The notes: generated by a model from the letters alone, not told the origin. DNA of 64,000 nt from Candidatus Spyradenecus sp. (GCA_045613865.1 JAZLBT010000015.1:42913-106912), one strand, 5' to 3'; counted from the stretch's first letter, positions 37,458 through 52,600 are shown. Program-made: numbers and translations.

Positions 37458-39827
37458 TTAATGTTGTTCACCAAGGAATCCATGGAGTTTCTTTATACGT
37501 GTGGGATGGCGAAGCTTACGCAACGCCTTGGATTCTATTTGACGAATACGTTCGCGAGTAACGGAAAAAAGTTTTCCGACCTCTTCGAGCGTACGGGAGT
37601 AACCATCGGTCAAGCCGAAACGATAATCAAGGACCTGGCGCTCACGTTCACTTAAAGAATAGAGCACCTCACGGAGACGTTCCTTGAGCAAGGTAAATGC
37701 AGCAACGTCTTCAGGACGTTCTGCAGCCTTGTCCTCAATAAAGTCTCCAAAGTGAGCGTCATCACTGTCGCCCACAGGGCTTTGGAGGGAAATGGGCTGC
37801 TGGGCCATGCGATAAACAGTCTTCACACGATCCACAGGCAAGTTCATTTCATCGGCGGTTTCTTCCATTGTCGGTTCGCGGCCCAACTCCTGAAGGAGTT
37901 TTTTCTGGACACGCAAAAGTTTATTAATGGTTTCAATCATATGCACAGGAATACGAATCGTTCGAGCCTGATCCGCGATTGCACGCGTTGCAGCTTGACG
38001 AATCCACCATGTTGCATACGTAGAGAATTTATAACCACGCTGATACTCAAATTTCTCAACAGCTTTCATCAAGCCTGTGTTGCCCTCTTGAATCAAATCC
38101 AAGAAGCTCAACCCGCGGTTCATATACTTCTTTACAATTGAAATCACCAAACGGAGATTGGCTTCCACCATCTCCTTTCTTGCTTGCGCTCCTGCGCGGA
38201 GTGCACAGCGAAGCTCTTCAAAAGCGTTCATAAACATCTTTGCAGGCATACCGAATTGCTTCTCTGCAACCGACATACGGCCTTCTAATTCTGCAAGCTT
38301 TTGTGTACGCTTTTTACTGAAACCTTGACGTTTCAGTTTCTTATGCACCACCATCATTTCCTTATAAGGCTTATAATAGGTTTCTTCGGCGTGCATACAA
38401 ATTGTTTCAAGCATCTTTTGCTTGAACTGCAAAGATTCATACTTTGCGCGCATTTTCTTACAATACTCTTCTAAACGGCGGTTAATCCCAGACAACGTCT
38501 CGGTATCATTCTTTGCCGTCGCAGCGATTTCATTATAAATCGCTTCCATCTCAATGCGCATTTCTTTAAGACGTGCTTGCTCTGGACGCATTGTTTCTAC
38601 ATACGTGTCGCGACTTTCCGAATACTTATCCGTCACAACACGATCAAAGCGTTCCTTGCCGCAATCCAACCCATTTAAAACATAGGCATACAAATCTGGA
38701 GCAATAGGCAAACGATTAAAGACATTAACAATCGTTGCTTCACTCTTTTCAATACGCTTACAAATAGAAACTTCCTGTTCGCGTGTAAGCAACGAGACTT
38801 GACCCATTTGATGCAAATACATACGAATCGGGTCATCAATAAAATCAACACGACCAGACGCGAATTCCTCACGTTGCTCTGCCATTGCATCTTCAAGATC
38901 TTCCTCTGCAACAACACGAACAGACATCGTTGCAAGTAAGTTCAAGAAACGCTCAATCGAGGTGTCTTTAATGATATCAGCAGGAAGATATTCATTCACC
39001 TGCTTAAGCGATAATACACGACTCTGTGTTTCAGAAAGCTTCAACAAATCTTTCAAACGTTCACGACATTCTTCACGCTCTTCAAGCTCTTCAATATCTT
39101 GTAACGCTTGTTGCTTCTTTGCATCCTCTTCAGAATTCGTAAAGACAACGCGAACATCAGAACCTTGAGCTAATCCACCCCATTCACCTTCATGAGCATA
39201 CATATCCGATTCGTCGTCAGGACGAATCGTACGCTCTGCCGGACGAACAAGACCCGAGTGTTCATGTTCGTTATATTCAACACCACCTACATTCTCAGAA
39301 TCCTGTTCTGACACACCGGCCAAAAGCTTTTCATCAGACAACTCTTCTGCATCTGGTACATCATCTTCATCATTTGAAAATTCACCAGGAGCATCAATAA
39401 GGAAATCATCCTCTCCAAGTGTAATCGTCACAAAGCCTTCTTCATCAACAGGCAAATTCACCAAACGAGGATCAAGCTCCTCTTTCTCCTTGGTTGTCTT
39501 CTTGGAGGAGGTCGATTCTACACCTTTCTTATTTTTCACAGGCTTCTCAGCAACCTCTGCAGTTTTTTTCTTAGAACCCTTTGGCGCTGCCGCAACCTTT
39601 TCAACACCCTTTTTAGAAACCTCTTGCGACGGCTTTGCTTTCTCAACACCCTTCTTACTCACAGTTTTTGATGGCATTGATACCTTTTTTGCTTCGTCTA
39701 CCTTAGAAGACTTCTTCTCGCTCTTCTTCTGAGGCTCCTCTGCTTTCACCGAACGCTTTGCAGACCCAGCTGTTGCTTGTGTTTTTTTCTTCTGCACAGG
39801 GGTTTCTTTTTTCGTTGCCTTCGCCAT
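37458..39827 (-). CDS. rpoD: RNA polymerase primary sigma factor sigma-70 (RpoD) with an extended Lys-rich/acidic N-terminal region of about 370 aa
   Basis: Region 2 [36 protein letters not shown], region 3 and region 4 ([30 protein letters not shown]) are all canonical. The start is assigned to [10 protein letters not shown] (ATG at 39827) rather than the ORF-track start at 39971. The N-terminus carries KKxS/KKGVEK repeats followed by an acidic block. Confidence 0.9.
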   Translation of the reverse strand: MAKATKKETPVQKKKTQATAGSAKRSVKAEEPQKKSEKKSSKVDEAKKVSMPSKTVSKKGVEKAKPSQEVSKKGVEKVAAAPKGSKKKTAEVAEKPVKNKKGVESTSSKKTTKEKEELDPRLVNLPVDEEGFVTITLGEDDFLIDAPGEFSNDEDDVPDAEELSDEKLLAGVSEQDSENVGGVEYNEHEHSGLVRPAERTIRPDDESDMYAHEGEWGGLAQGSDVRVVFTNSEEDAKKQQALQDIEELEEREECRERLKDLLKLSETQSRVLSLKQVNEYLPADIIKDTSIERFLNLLATMSVRVVAEEDLEDAMAEQREEFASGRVDFIDDPIRMYLHQMGQVSLLTREQEVSICKRIEKSEATIVNVFNRLPIAPDLYAYVLNGLDCGKERFDRVVTDKYSESRDTYVETMRPEQARLKEMRIEMEAIYNEIAATAKNDTETLSGINRRLEEYCKKMRAKYESLQFKQKMLETICMHAEETYYKPYKEMMVVHKKLKRQGFSKKRTQKLAELEGRMSVAEKQFGMPAKMFMNAFEELRCALRAGAQARKEMVEANLRLVISIVKKYMNRGLSFLDLIQEGNTGLMKAVEKFEYQRGYKFSTYATWWIRQAATRAIADQARTIRIPVHMIETINKLLRVQKKLLQELGREPTMEETADEMNLPVDRVKTVYRMAQQPISLQSPVGDSDDAHFGDFIEDKAAERPEDVAAFTLLKERLREVLYSLSERERQVLDYRFGLTDGYSRTLEEVGKLFSVTRERIRQIESKALRKLRHPTRIKKLHGFLGEQH

Positions 39828-40073
39828 GAAACATTCTCTCCTGATTTTAGGGCGCAATGCACCTTCGCATAATATTGCCCGCGTACCATTATAACAAAAA
39901 ATATCACACTCTTCTAAAAAAGTCAAGTATTTTAAAGAACTTTTATTTTTCCACCTCCTTTTCCTATGCAAAGCAAAAGCATCACATACGCTTAAACAAT
40001 TTCTTGACTTTGGGGATTCAAATCCTCTACAATAAGTGAAGTTCTAACAATTTAATCATTAAGGTCTACGATA

Positions 40074-40523
40074 ATGCATACATTAACACCGATTCTTTCC
40101 TGCATCACACTCCTTTTTCTCATTGGATGTAACACAAAAGTGTCACAAAAACAAACAACAAATATCCATGCTGAGGAAAACTTTGTTCGCCAATTAACCA
40201 ATTCCGCGCATCTCGAAACAATTGCAAAAACAAATGAAAACTGGATTTTGCGTGAAATTGCTACACAAAAGATTTCTGATGAATCCGTCCTTTATGAGAT
40301 TGCACAAACCGATGAAAAAACCATGGTTCGTTGTGCAGCAATCGAAAATATTTCCAACCCTACCCTTCTTAAAGACATCGCCTTGTCAAACAACCATTGG
40401 CCTGCACGTCTCGCCGCGCTCAAGAAAATCGACGATTGCGATGTTCTAAAAACAATTGCACAATCCGATAAAGATCCTGATGTTCGTAATGCCGCGAACG
40501 AACGCCTTAATAAACAAAAATAA
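40074..40523 (+). CDS. Small lipoprotein with HEAT/PBS-lyase-like repeats
   Basis: Lipobox LFLIGC, then repeated modules of about 30 aa (...VRCAAIENISNPTLLKDIALSNNHWPARLAALKKIDD...DPDVRNAA) typical of HEAT-like repeats. Confidence 0.45.
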   Translation: MHTLTPILSCITLLFLIGCNTKVSQKQTTNIHAEENFVRQLTNSAHLETIAKTNENWILREIATQKISDESVLYEIAQTDEKTMVRCAAIENISNPTLLKDIALSNNHWPARLAALKKIDDCDVLKTIAQSDKDPDVRNAANERLNKQK

Positions 40524-40635
40524 ACCGCCTCTACTTTCATGCACCTTTTAAAACCGTTCTTACGAAACGCTCCCTCGCACAATAAAACGTAACTTCTAAA
40601 TTTAATCTACACAAATTTTCAATTATTTTAAAATA

Positions 40636-40672
40636 AAAAGAACCCCCAGCAAATGCTGAGGGTCTTTTTGTT
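40636..40672. terminator. Bidirectional rho-independent terminator between the lipoprotein gene (+) and giant gene 2 (-)
   Basis: Stem ACCCUCAGC / GCUGGGGGU with one G-U pair, flanked by A-runs and T-runs. It lies 15 nt past the giant gene 2 stop. Confidence 0.7.
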
Positions 40673-40686
40673 TCCTTAAGGATTTC

Positions 40687-43600
40687 TTACTTCGTCTTTA
40701 CTTCAAGAACAACCTTAAAGAACTTAGGAGCCGTTTCATTAAGCTTGACGGATGCGCCCTTAAGCACCTGACCATCTGCAAGAGAAACCTCAATAGCATT
40801 GATCAACGTCCATTCATCAGAAAGGGTTTCCTTTCCGTAGAAGTTATAGACAGCATTCGTCTTTGCAATGATGTCTGTAATGTCTTCTTCTGTGATGGTT
40901 TCTGTCGTACCCGTGGCCTCAGTCTTCGAAGCTTCAACACTCCACTGAAGTGCAACATTGTTACCATCAAAGACAACCGACTTAATGGCTACGCTATAAT
41001 CGGTGTAACCCTTAGCAGCGAGTTCAAGCCAATTTGCAGCAGGCATAATCGAACCAAAGTTCGACATCGTATTCTGATAGGCCTCAGCAGGAATACCGAC
41101 ATCAACAATTCCATCGTTATTCACAGAGAGAACGTTGAAGCCAAAGACCTGTGCACCAAGGGAGGTGAGACCCGCTTCCGTCCAAAGCACACCGGCCTTC
41201 GTGTATGCATTAGCACCACCAACAACCGTATTGCACCAATCAGCAAAGAGCGTGCTCGGACGACCAGACTGGATCCATTCCCATGCATCAGCAAGCTTGT
41301 CGCCATCAACATCCACATCCTGGATATAGAAGGTTGCATCAATGCTCGTGCCCGAACGCTTCGGCGTGACCAACATCGGATCATAGTAGAAGTTATCAGA
41401 GGATGTTGCACCCTTTGCAAGATAACCCCACGGTTCCCATGTATCGCGCTTACCATTCATGTTAAGGTCGAAGTAGGCCACCAAATAGACGGGCTCATCG
41501 CTTGCAAGACCGCGAAGTTCTGCACGGATAAGCGTCGAATGGAAGATTTCTTCATTACCATCAACATAAGTCTTATCCTTTTCCATAATAACCGTGTGGT
41601 TGAGGTTATCAAGTGCAGGATTCGTACCATCATAATTGAGGTAGTCAGACGTCGAGGCAACAGGCGTACCATTGAAGGAGGCCGAGTAGTGAGCTTCGAT
41701 ACGAACAAGACCCTGCGAGAAGTCGTCGTCAGTGTTAAGAACACCGTTGTAACGAATGTTCGCACGGACATAGTAAGAATTCAACGCATTGAATGTTGTA
41801 TCCTTTGCACCTGCAGTATACTTGCCATCAGATCCCTTATAGGTTTCAACCGTTCCAATACCATCGACCAAATCACGAGAGTCGGTCAACTGAACCTGGA
41901 AGTAACCAACGAGTTCTACAGGGGTACCCGTATAAGGATGTAACGTAAGGACATACTTATAGGAACCATTACCGAAGAGAGCGGTTGCATCGCTGTTCAA
42001 ATCGCCGATTGCATTTGGCATTTCGTAGCGATAGTAGAACTTCGAGCTCGACTCATTGCTACGAGCAATTGCAGAGACGCCACGGATTGCCGTCTTTTCA
42101 AAGACCGTCTGTTCCTTGGCAAGGGCAATACCTGCAGCATCCATTGTCTTCACAATCTTAACATCAAAGCTCGGCAATTGAGTTGTCGAAGCCCATTCAA
42201 AGGCAAGATCCGTATTGGTGATAATCTTACCACCATTCGGATTGGCCGATTCAGGATCGCGAAGATGCGTCTGTTCAACACTGAAGCGACCGAAGTTGTT
42301 GATCGCAGTTGCAATACCATAGGTACGTGCAACATATTCCGGATCCGCCAACTTCGCAACAGGTGCGTAACAGACGAGATACTTCATTGCAGTCACATTT
42401 GGAGACAATGCCACAGAGAGACCCGTCGGGTTTGCAGCAAAGATTTCATCTTCTGTGATATAAGGCTTTGCGGTATTATAATCCTGCTCATAAGCACGCG
42501 TGAGCGTTGCCGTTGCACCCGAATGAATCGTGTTCGAGATGGTTTCCCAATCGTAGAAGATAATCTTGAAGTTTTCGGTCATCTCTTCACCCACTTCCCC
42601 GAGGAAGTTCGACCACTTCAAATTATCTCCCGTAAGCGGGTTCTTAATCTTCGATTCAAGCGAAGCTTCTTGTTCAGCAGCCTGATTATTATCATCTTCG
42701 CCTTCAGCATCACCTGTGCCATTGTTTTCCATTGCCTCAGCAGCCTTCTTTTCTGCAATGAAGGTGTCAAGGATTGTCTTCATTTCGACGCGGACAGCAC
42801 CAGGAGGCGCATTCTTTGTCAATGCAACATGGAGTTCACGATTAATGGTGTCATAACCGATGTCAACATCATGCTGATCGGGTACACCGGCAGGTTCACC
42901 TTCGTTCCACATGTTATTACCATTGAGGTCAAGGAAGACGAAGAAGTTATTCTTGCCTTCACGGATATGACCACCTTCAAGCGGCTGCGAGAAGGTGTAA
43001 GTTGCAGGGAAGCTTTCCACAGGCGACATTTCATATGCGGCCTTAAGATAGATGTCCTTGAAGTAGGCAACGAACTTTCCTTCGTCATTGTAGAGCTCAT
43101 CAGTGATGTAATCCTTTTCACTAATCGTGTAAGAATATTCACCTGTGATGTAATTAATCGTACCAATTGCGCGTTCAGACCATACAGCCTTAAGAACAGG
43201 CTTTCCGTCTTCATCAAGCACGGGTTCTCCCGTGGTTTCATCAACAGAGACAACCTCTGTCTTGAAGAAGCCCTTCAATAAGCCATTACCGTCGTCACGA
43301 ATCGTCACACCTTCACCATCGGTGTAGCCATTCAACGTACCGTCTTCGCCAATTTCTTGATAGTAAGAAGTCTTGACTTCAACAGAACCAGCCTTGATAT
43401 TACCGGGTTCGAGATAACCCGTTGTCGTGCCATAATTCATGCGACCGATAATTTGCGTCAAACCTTCTGCATTATCACCTTCAGCTGCTTCACCGAAAGG
43501 AAGCACGAAGATTGCATCAGGAGCGGACATATTACCCTTCACCGTAAAGGCATGAACGACAACCTTAGCCGACATTGCAACATTTTCGCCTTCGTCATTA

Positions 43601-46600
43601 TTGCCAGAATTAAGGATAGAATCCAAATCTTCAAAGCAATCCACACGAATGCTCAAAGCAGGCGTCGGATAAGCAGCGACCTTACCATTGATGGTCTGTT
43701 CAACATCCACCAAGGGGTTCGTCGAGTGAACACCACGTGTAGAGACGCGAGCTTCTGCGAAGTTCGACCAACCATCATGATCTGGGTCAGCATACATATC
43801 GAAGGAATCAACAGAAGGATTCGAAGACTTGAATGTCGCTTCCCAATGATCTTCCATGAAGTCTGCATCGGAGTAGAGCAAGCCCATTACTGGCGCACCA
43901 CGACGATAATAGAGCGGCACATGGAAGTCAGGAATATCATTACCAGCCGTCGAGTAGAGACCCGGATTGGAGTTTGCAAGATATTCTGCATAGTTCGTCA
44001 AGAAGTCACCGTCATTATCATAGTACGGACCATTCTTGCCAATCGGATCTTCATAATCGAGACCATAATATGTTTCCCACCAGTCAGGCATCTTATCGCC
44101 ATCGGTGTCGCGCGTTGCACCCTTACGAACTTCGGTTTCCAAGATTTGACCACCAACAGAAAGCTGGATGTCATTCATCTTATCACCCGTGTCAACTCCA
44201 TCCTTATTATGGAGGAACCATTCCGGGGTACCTTCTGTACCTTCAGTCGGAGCTTCCTTCTGATCAGGCGAAGAGAAGGAGCCTTCGGGTTCCCAACAAA
44301 TAGCAGAGTACTTCGTGAAGGCATCGCCATAAACCATAAGGTCTGTATCACGAATCACGGTGAAAGGTTCTTGTACCGTCTGCTTATCCTGATCGTAGGT
44401 CGGGAAGATCTCATAACGATAAGCATAGGGGTTAGCATTCACCTTCAAAAATACCGTTGCGTCAACCGTGTCTCCAGCCTTGTTCTTACGCCAGAAGCAA
44501 GTATCCCACATACGATATTGACCGAGTTCCGGCAATGCCGACATCTTCGGATTAATCGGTTCAAGGACCGAGGTCTCCATCTTGTGAAGACGAGGATTAC
44601 CTTCCTTGTCAAGCACCTCAATATCGAAGATTGGCAAACGAGAAACCAAGTTAATTGCCTTCGGCACATATTCATAGAACTTCTTCGTTGTCGTTGTTGC
44701 GATAGGCTTACCCGTTGTAGGATTATAAACCTTATCACCAAACGCATCAACCATCGGAACACGAGCAGTACGTTCTTCGCCATACTTCGTAGACTTCAAG
44801 TAGTCAGGCGTGTTGATGTCATAATACGAGCAGAAGAGATCTGTTGCTTGAGGCTTTTCATCACCTACGTAAGAGCTACGACGATAGGTGAAGGAACCAG
44901 GAATAGTTTCATCACCAATCAACTTCTGACCAGGATAGACTTCATAGACGTTATCTGCGTCTTCTTCCGTTGAAGAAGGAAGATTGTTGAAGGTGTAAAC
45001 CGCAACAGGATAGGTTGTAAGCGTATTCTCATAAATACCTTCACCGTCCTCATGCAAGTATTCTTCAACATCACCATTATTCAAACGATCAATCATCGAG
45101 GTCAAACGATAGGTGAGAAGTTCGTCCTTCGTCAATGTACGCTTGCTATCCTGAGCAATTTCAGTCTCAGTGCGGGCGCCATTCCAAATGCGAACTTCAT
45201 CCATGTAGCCCTTATAGCACTTGGTGAAGACTTCGCCAAAGGTATTGATACCAACAACGTTAGCCTCTTCTTCCTTAGACAAATAGTCAGAGGTATCAGC
45301 AATCCAGTTGTTCGTAGGTGTTGCACCCAAGATAAACGGTGCTTGATAGACATTGTAATATCTCCAATCACCATCATAAGAGTTAACAACCACACCAGTA
45401 GCCGGCAAGAGCGAGCTCAAAACGCTATTCGTCTCTTTACCATTGACATAAATTCGCAACGAGTTGCCATCATACGTTGCAGCAACGTGCGTCCATTCCG
45501 CATTTGGATCAATAGTGACAGAACCATTATCCTGCTTAACTTCCTTACCAATTGGCGTCTTCGAAACGGCGCGAGCCGACATTGCAGGCACGCTTGTTCC
45601 GCCATCAACCGAGCCACCAGTTGCAGTGAAGCAGGCATAAGGATAAAGCTTGTCACCCTTCACTTCCAAACCAAGAATGAAGTTGTGACGCAAGTGTTGC
45701 GTAGAGAGGCTATTCGTCGAGAACGACCACGGACGATCCACGAGAACAACATCAGTTTCATTCTGAACATCATCGGGGAGAATCCAGCATTCCACCGTAA
45801 AGCGACGAAGTGCCGTCGGACCAAAGTCAATCAAGGCCGGCGTTTGCATCGCGCCTTCGCCACCAAAGTAAGCGGCAAAGTTACGGGTCGGCGAGAAGGG
45901 ATCTTGAGGATCACCATTGTAATATGCATAAGGCGTAGAAACTTCTGTGCCATCTGCAATACCATCGCCATCGGTATCAAAACCTTCGTTCACTTCAAAC
46001 GGATAGAAGGGCATATCCTCAACGGCTTGACGAGAAGCGTCAGGATACTTCACAATAAATCCAGGATAGGACGTAAAGTATTCCTTCACATTGAGACCAT
46101 TTTCATCGGTCAATCCAGCAAGATTGTTACCATAGAAACGGAGCGTGAAAGAGTTCATATTGCTTGGATCTGTCATCCACAACGGCGACGGGTCTGTGCC
46201 ATGGTGAACTGCAGCATCTTCCCCGTTCGGAGCTTCATCAGAGTTCACAAGACCATCACCATCCGGATCTGCAAACGGCACACCCGTAAACCAAGGATAC
46301 GAGTAATAATCAAAGCCCGTTGCCTGCGTTGCAAAGTCACCAATGATGGCATTCTTCATCACAGGATTATAGGTAGCAGAGATATCCGTCTTCTTATAGT
46401 TACTAGCCAAATAAGCAGCTTGCAACATATCAATATGACGACCCGTAGCATTGTCCTTTACCTCTTCGCGGTAATCACCCAAAAGCGGGTTAAGGCCGTG
46501 GACAATTTCCCAATAGTCATCCATGCCATCCAAATCCGAATCCGAGGAAATCGGGCTTGTCGCAAAGAGCGGAACCTTGGAACGTTTAGCATCATTATTC

Positions 46601-49600
46601 GTTGTCGAGATTGTCGGGAAGGTGAGGAATTCTTCCTTGATCTGAAGCATATCACCCAAGCGGTTAGCAGAATTCTCTAAATAACCCGGCTTGATATAAC
46701 CAAGAGGACCAAAGTAAAGATTTCCATCTTCACGCCAAAGGCCACCATTGTAACCACGATAAGCCATCCGGACTTGAGCCTGCAAGAGCGGACACGTCGT
46801 CTCTGCAATGGTTGTTGCATAGTTGCCTGCACCACCATTACCAACACGTGCAACCGTCGGTGCATCAGGTTCTGTACCCGTCTGCTCCTTCACCCATGCA
46901 CGAATGTTATCAACCGAGCGATACGTATCTTCAGCACGCTTGAGTGCGTCCTTGTACTTCGCAACAATCTGATCACGACGTGCAGCCCAAATCTTTTGGC
47001 CTTCTTCAAAGGTCTTGATAAAGGCATAACCATTCACCTTTTGATCAATTGCCTTAAGGCTTGTGATCATGTCATTGTCATCGCTAAAGAATTCATCGAC
47101 CTTATGAATTGCCGTTACAGCCATCCAATAATCCTCATCCGAAGGATCAATAAAGGCCAAACGGTCAATTGCAGCCAAATACGTTGCAGTTTCCTTAACC
47201 TTCGTTGCATACTCCATCATGACACTATCATGAGAGACGCCAGGAATTGTTGTAATATCCACAGGATTACGTTCTGCAGAGCCCTGCGTCAAGAGACCCT
47301 TGCGAGCATCAATTTGCGACTCCGTGGGAAGCGCAATCGTACGAGCAAAGAGATAATTCACCAAACGCAATGCAGCATCTTCTTCACCATCTGCAGATGC
47401 ACGTGCAACCTTAATCGGATTGACTTCTGTATCCATCACATAATCCAAAGAGATCATCATGTCTGGATTCATCAAATCTTCATAAACGTTATAAGTGTCA
47501 GGGAAGGACTTCCAAATTACACCATACGTCCGCTTACCATCCATATCGATTTCAGAGACCCACTGTGCAACACCCTTCGCATTATCAAGCGACTTCGTGT
47601 AAAGACGAGAGACACTCGGAGAAAGGTCATAGCGGAAGTGACGGAAGGCACTTGTCATGTATTCCTGATAGTTCGTAAGACCATCATGATCAACGTCAAT
47701 ATCAACATCACCTTCATAGGTCGGGTCGATATTTTCAGGAATAGCAACCACTTCTGTCTCTGCTTCAGGGTCTTCACCCTCTACATTTTCTTCGTCTTCA
47801 GTAGTATCTTCTGCAACCTGCGGTGCGGTACCCCAGTAGAATTCATAACCATCCGACATACCATCACAGTCGGTATCCATTGAGCAGGGGTTCAAACCGC
47901 GACCTTCCCAGATCGATTTACGTGTACCATCTGCCGTGTAGATAAAGGTTGCCGAACCTTCCTGACCATCTTCAATACCATCAAAGTCGGTATCACTATT
48001 ATTCGGATCGGTCGGATAAAGTTTGTTCGTCCAACCAGGATTCGACAATCCACCGAGATCAGGATAGGAGTAAACCGATGCCTGACAAATAAACTCATCC
48101 TTTGTTGTAAGACCGTCTTCGTCAGTATCTTGTTCTCGTGCAGTTGCTGCAGGACCCGTAGGATCAAGATCCACATAGAGCGACCAACCATCTGGGATGC
48201 CATCGCCATTCGTATCCATGCTAACAGGAGACAACTGATTTACGAGCGGAAGAAGACGTGCGGTATTGTATTCTTCCATATTCGTGAAGGCGGTTGTATT
48301 TTCCGAGGTGTATTGGAAACGTGCATCACCAATCATGCCGCCCGATGCGGAAACAGCCCATGCTGTATACGGCGAGAAGCCAACCGTCGTGTAGACGTCA
48401 TGGTGCTTCAAGATGACCGCTTCGTTCGTTTCCATCTGATAGGACTTATCCGTCACAATGTTGGTGAGATTAATCTTTTCAGTCTCATCATCCAAATCAT
48501 CCCATGCAAAGGTTGTCTTGGAGAAACGTTCCAACGTTACAACTTCACCCTCTTCCAACGGATTTGCTGTGCCGTTCGCGGGCAAGGTGAAACGAATTTC
48601 CTTCGTTGCAGCATCATAGTAAGCACAGCACTTCACGAGCTGAATCGGCATACCATCTGCATCATACGTATTCACATAATAACGTGCATCTGCGGGAGCT
48701 GCCGTACCATTGAATTCCACTTCATAGAGATCGTGCACCACGCCAAACTTCTTCACTTCCAAACGTGCATAGAAGTCATTATCAGGGTTTTCATTTGCAT
48801 CGTCAAGGAAGGGATTCACGTAAGGAATACCATTATCATCGGCACCCCAGCCAGCTTCCCAACCATCGGGCATCCAGTCATTATCCGTATCGCAGTCGAG
48901 CGGATTGGTACCCAATGCAAGTTCTTCAATCGTGTTGTAACCGTCATTATCAGGGTCACCAGCAATACCACCATAGATATCGTTAGCTGTGATAACATCC
49001 CAGTAATTACCCATTGCAGACTTGTGGTTCGGGCGTGCATTTGCAGCAGGCGAACCAACTTCTGCATCAGGATTATAATCATTACGCAAACGACGACCCA
49101 TCACAAAACGGTTCGGCATGCCAAAGTGATTACCAACACCACCACGACGCTTGCCATTCATATTGATCTTAGCAACACTGGTTGTATCCATCGACTCAAG
49201 GTCACGAATATCGATTGCCGGCCAAATTGAAGTATTGATTTGCGTATAAGTTACGTCATCAGAGGTATCTTCAACCGTTTCCTTCTCATCCGTCCACTGG
49301 AAGGCGGAAGCAAAACGCATACGCGATGCATAGTACCAGAAGTAGTACTTCACACCATTAACGATATCACCACCATTGGTTTCACCGCCGAAACGATCCA
49401 ACCAACACGTCTGAAGCGGATCCCACGCATTTGTAAAGTACTCATCAAGGACAATACCCGCGGGCACCAACCAGTCATGGAAGGCAAACATTTCTGTTGT
49501 TGCATATGTCTTCGTGTCAACCTTCACCGTTGCATCTGCACCATTTTCGTCTACATATTCTTGCGTGTAAACAGGAGCGAGATACATCTTCTGCTTATAA

Positions 49601-52600
49601 GCCTTGATGTCAGCCGTCGTCTTGGTGCAATAGAGCAAACCATTGTCACCAATTTCGAAGACAAAGTCTGTCGAAGCAGGTTCCATGTCCGTAACAAGCT
49701 GAAGGATAACATCCTTTACAGTGATGCCCGTAGCCTTAATGAGTGCATCCATCTGCTCTGCGTAATCCTCTGCGGTCTTATCAAGCGCTTCAATATCTGC
49801 CATCGAGAGGGCGGCGAGCTTGCCTTCGCCAACCTTAATCGGCGTGGCGGTCGAATGCATCTCAACCTGATCATTGATACCAATGTAATTAGGTTGTGCA
49901 AGTTCGTAGCAAAGGAAACGTTCACCTTGAGGAATCGTTTCGTAAATTACAGCATCCTTTACCGTCGGAGCATCTGGATCAAAGAGCGGAATCCATGCAC
50001 GCTTTGCATTGCCCGCTTCATCTACCATCGGAATATGAACCATTGTATCAACAGTCTTTTCCTCTGCCGATGGAGTCGCTGAGTCAAACGATGTCGTCAA
50101 GAAAACCTGACACATATTGGGAATTTTTATTTCCTCAATTGCAACAGTCGTAACCAAATTGCCTTCGCTATCTGTCATCTGTGCATAGGTATCAACCGGC
50201 TTTTTCTTCGTTGTGACAGGGTCTGTGGTGCTGTCAGTGACATACTCAATCTCAACTGTTCCCGTCTTCACCCAAACAGGATAAGACTCGCCCGCCTTCA
50301 CGGTCTTCGATGTTTCTGTTTCAGCAACACCATCCAAGTCAGGATCAAGCTGACGCATCATTGCTTCCGTCTTCACCGCGGAGATAAGCATCATCTTACC
50401 GCCTAATTCACGAATGTCGAGATGTTTAAGCGTACCTGCCTGCTTGGCATCATCCTTACCCGGCATTTCATCAGACGAGGTGAAAGGATAGACAAGATTT
50501 GCCCCCGTTGCTTCATCGTAAACAGGAATGAAGTGTCGAACCTTCCGCGTTGCCGTATAGAGACCCGTCTCTTCCGACACAGAGGTCTTATCAACAAAGG
50601 TCTCTTCTGCATTGTAAGCCCACGTAACCTTTTGGTTACCATGATAGTCTAGCGCATAATTGTAAAGGTCAACAATTTGTTCGTAGTCTACACTATCCTT
50701 ATCCGTACAAACGAGCACCATGTGACCTTCTGGGCGACCATGAAGATGATTCCATCCTAAGGGGAAACCACGAACCTTCGATTCGTCATTACCATCGCCA
50801 AGCACCCAACGCCAACCAGCCTCATGCCATTCCTGAGGAATATTCCACCATTGGGGTTCATCTGGATTATTGATGTGTTTGCTTACGAAATCTGTTTTTT
50901 CTTCATTGAGATAGGGAATTTGATGACGTTCTGTACGAGCGACACGAATACCCGTGTCTTCCCAATCGGCAATCGTATCTTCAACCTTACGATAAACGAT
51001 TTCAGAGCCCATGTAAAGCTTGTGCTTTTCAAGCTGAGAAGGAACGAAAGAACCATCATTACGAAGCGTACCAGCATTAATAAAGGTTTCTTTATCATGT
51101 CCGTTAGGAGCAGTCTTTTCTGTATAAGCCCCACCAAAACTATCCAACTTTGCCTGCGTCACAGCAGGACGAAGCGCAACAACCCATGCAGGAGCAGAGA
51201 GCCAATTACCATGACCATCACCAGCATTCAATGCATCATCACGACCACGAATACGCTGCTTATAGGTGAACTGTTCACCTGTAACCGAGCAAGGTCCTTG
51301 AGGATTATTACGCGTCCAATGAATGGGCAACGAAAGGTTAACCGTATCATTGGCACCAGCATTATCAAGCGTATTGTTTACAAAGTTAGCGGCATAAACA
51401 GTATCACCGCCATTCCAACCTGCGAAAGGAAGACGATCACCTTCAGCAACCGTTGCTGCAACATTGGTTTCGACAAGTTCACGACCATTGGTGAAGTTTG
51501 CAATCAACCAACCATCGGGAACGCCGTCCATATTGTAGTCGCCGAGATCAAAGAGACCATTACGATCGCTCGTCTCCATCGAGTAAGCGCGCAAAGCATC
51601 GCCTTCGTCATATTCAAGCGTAAAGATTGCAGAGAGCACAATATCTGCCCATGTTTCCGATTCCTTCGGATCAACTTCTGCATCACCAGGCGCAAACATA
51701 CGATTAATTTGCAAGGTAGGCGAATAGATCGACTGCAAGGGGTCGGTCGACTCAAGTGGAAGCAAGCCAATGTAATCTTCCGATGCTGCCCACTTGTAGA
51801 AGAAGGAGTCCTTCGTCGGATTTACACCGATAAAGGAGTCAAACTTCTTACCCGCATGGGTCTTCTTGTTTGTACCTGCAGAAAAAGGAATTGCAACAAC
51901 CGCTGCGGTTGTACCCGTACCACGACCTAAGGTTGCGGATGTTGCCGTGCGGGTAAAGGTCCACTTCGACTGGCCACCTTCAGCAACTGTACCATTCTTC
52001 GCAACGTCTTCAGCCCACGCAATGAAACCAGAAGCCGACATTGCACCATAGGTGTTATAAACATTAAACGTGAACTTCTGTGCAGAAGAGATATCAACAA
52101 GGCCCGAAGGACGATTTTCGGAAGCAACATAGGCACCCGACGAGTCATAGGCCGTCATGCTCCAGTTGTGTTGACCAGCTGCATCGTAGGAATAAGTAAA
52201 GGCAACTTGCGATTCATAGCCTTCGCGTTCAATGCGGCAAGCTCCACCCTTTGCGAAGGAACCGACGGCGTCGGCTTTTTCACCATAATACTTCTTTTCG
52301 AGTTCGCGAACCTTATCATTCCACTTGGCTTCGCCCATTTGCTGAATCATATCTTCATCATTTGCAATCAAACGATATTCACGAGCATCAGCGACAGCTT
52401 CATCGAAATTCATTTCAACAACGATATAATCGGTCTTTGCATCTGCGATGGAGAAGGCAAAGGGAATCGTTGCACCAACAGAAGAAGTTTGTGCTGCGGT
52501 TGCACCCGTCACAAACGGAGCACGGTTAGCAATTGTCGGCGCTGCAATCGGAGAGCAAATATCTGCATTGCCAGTGATACGACCCGTTGCGGTACCAGCG

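Noticed and set aside
43357-47883. Very long plus-strand ORFs (538, 542 and 369 aa) inside the giant gene 2 region, and similar ones opposite giant gene 1 (for example 22728..23336 and 34525..35634 opposite glgP)
   Set aside because: They are antisense to strongly supported, signal-peptide-bearing genes of more than 2 kb. Their translations are Cys/Arg/Ile-rich low-complexity junk typical of stop-poor antisense frames of genes with biased codon usage. They have no start-site context.
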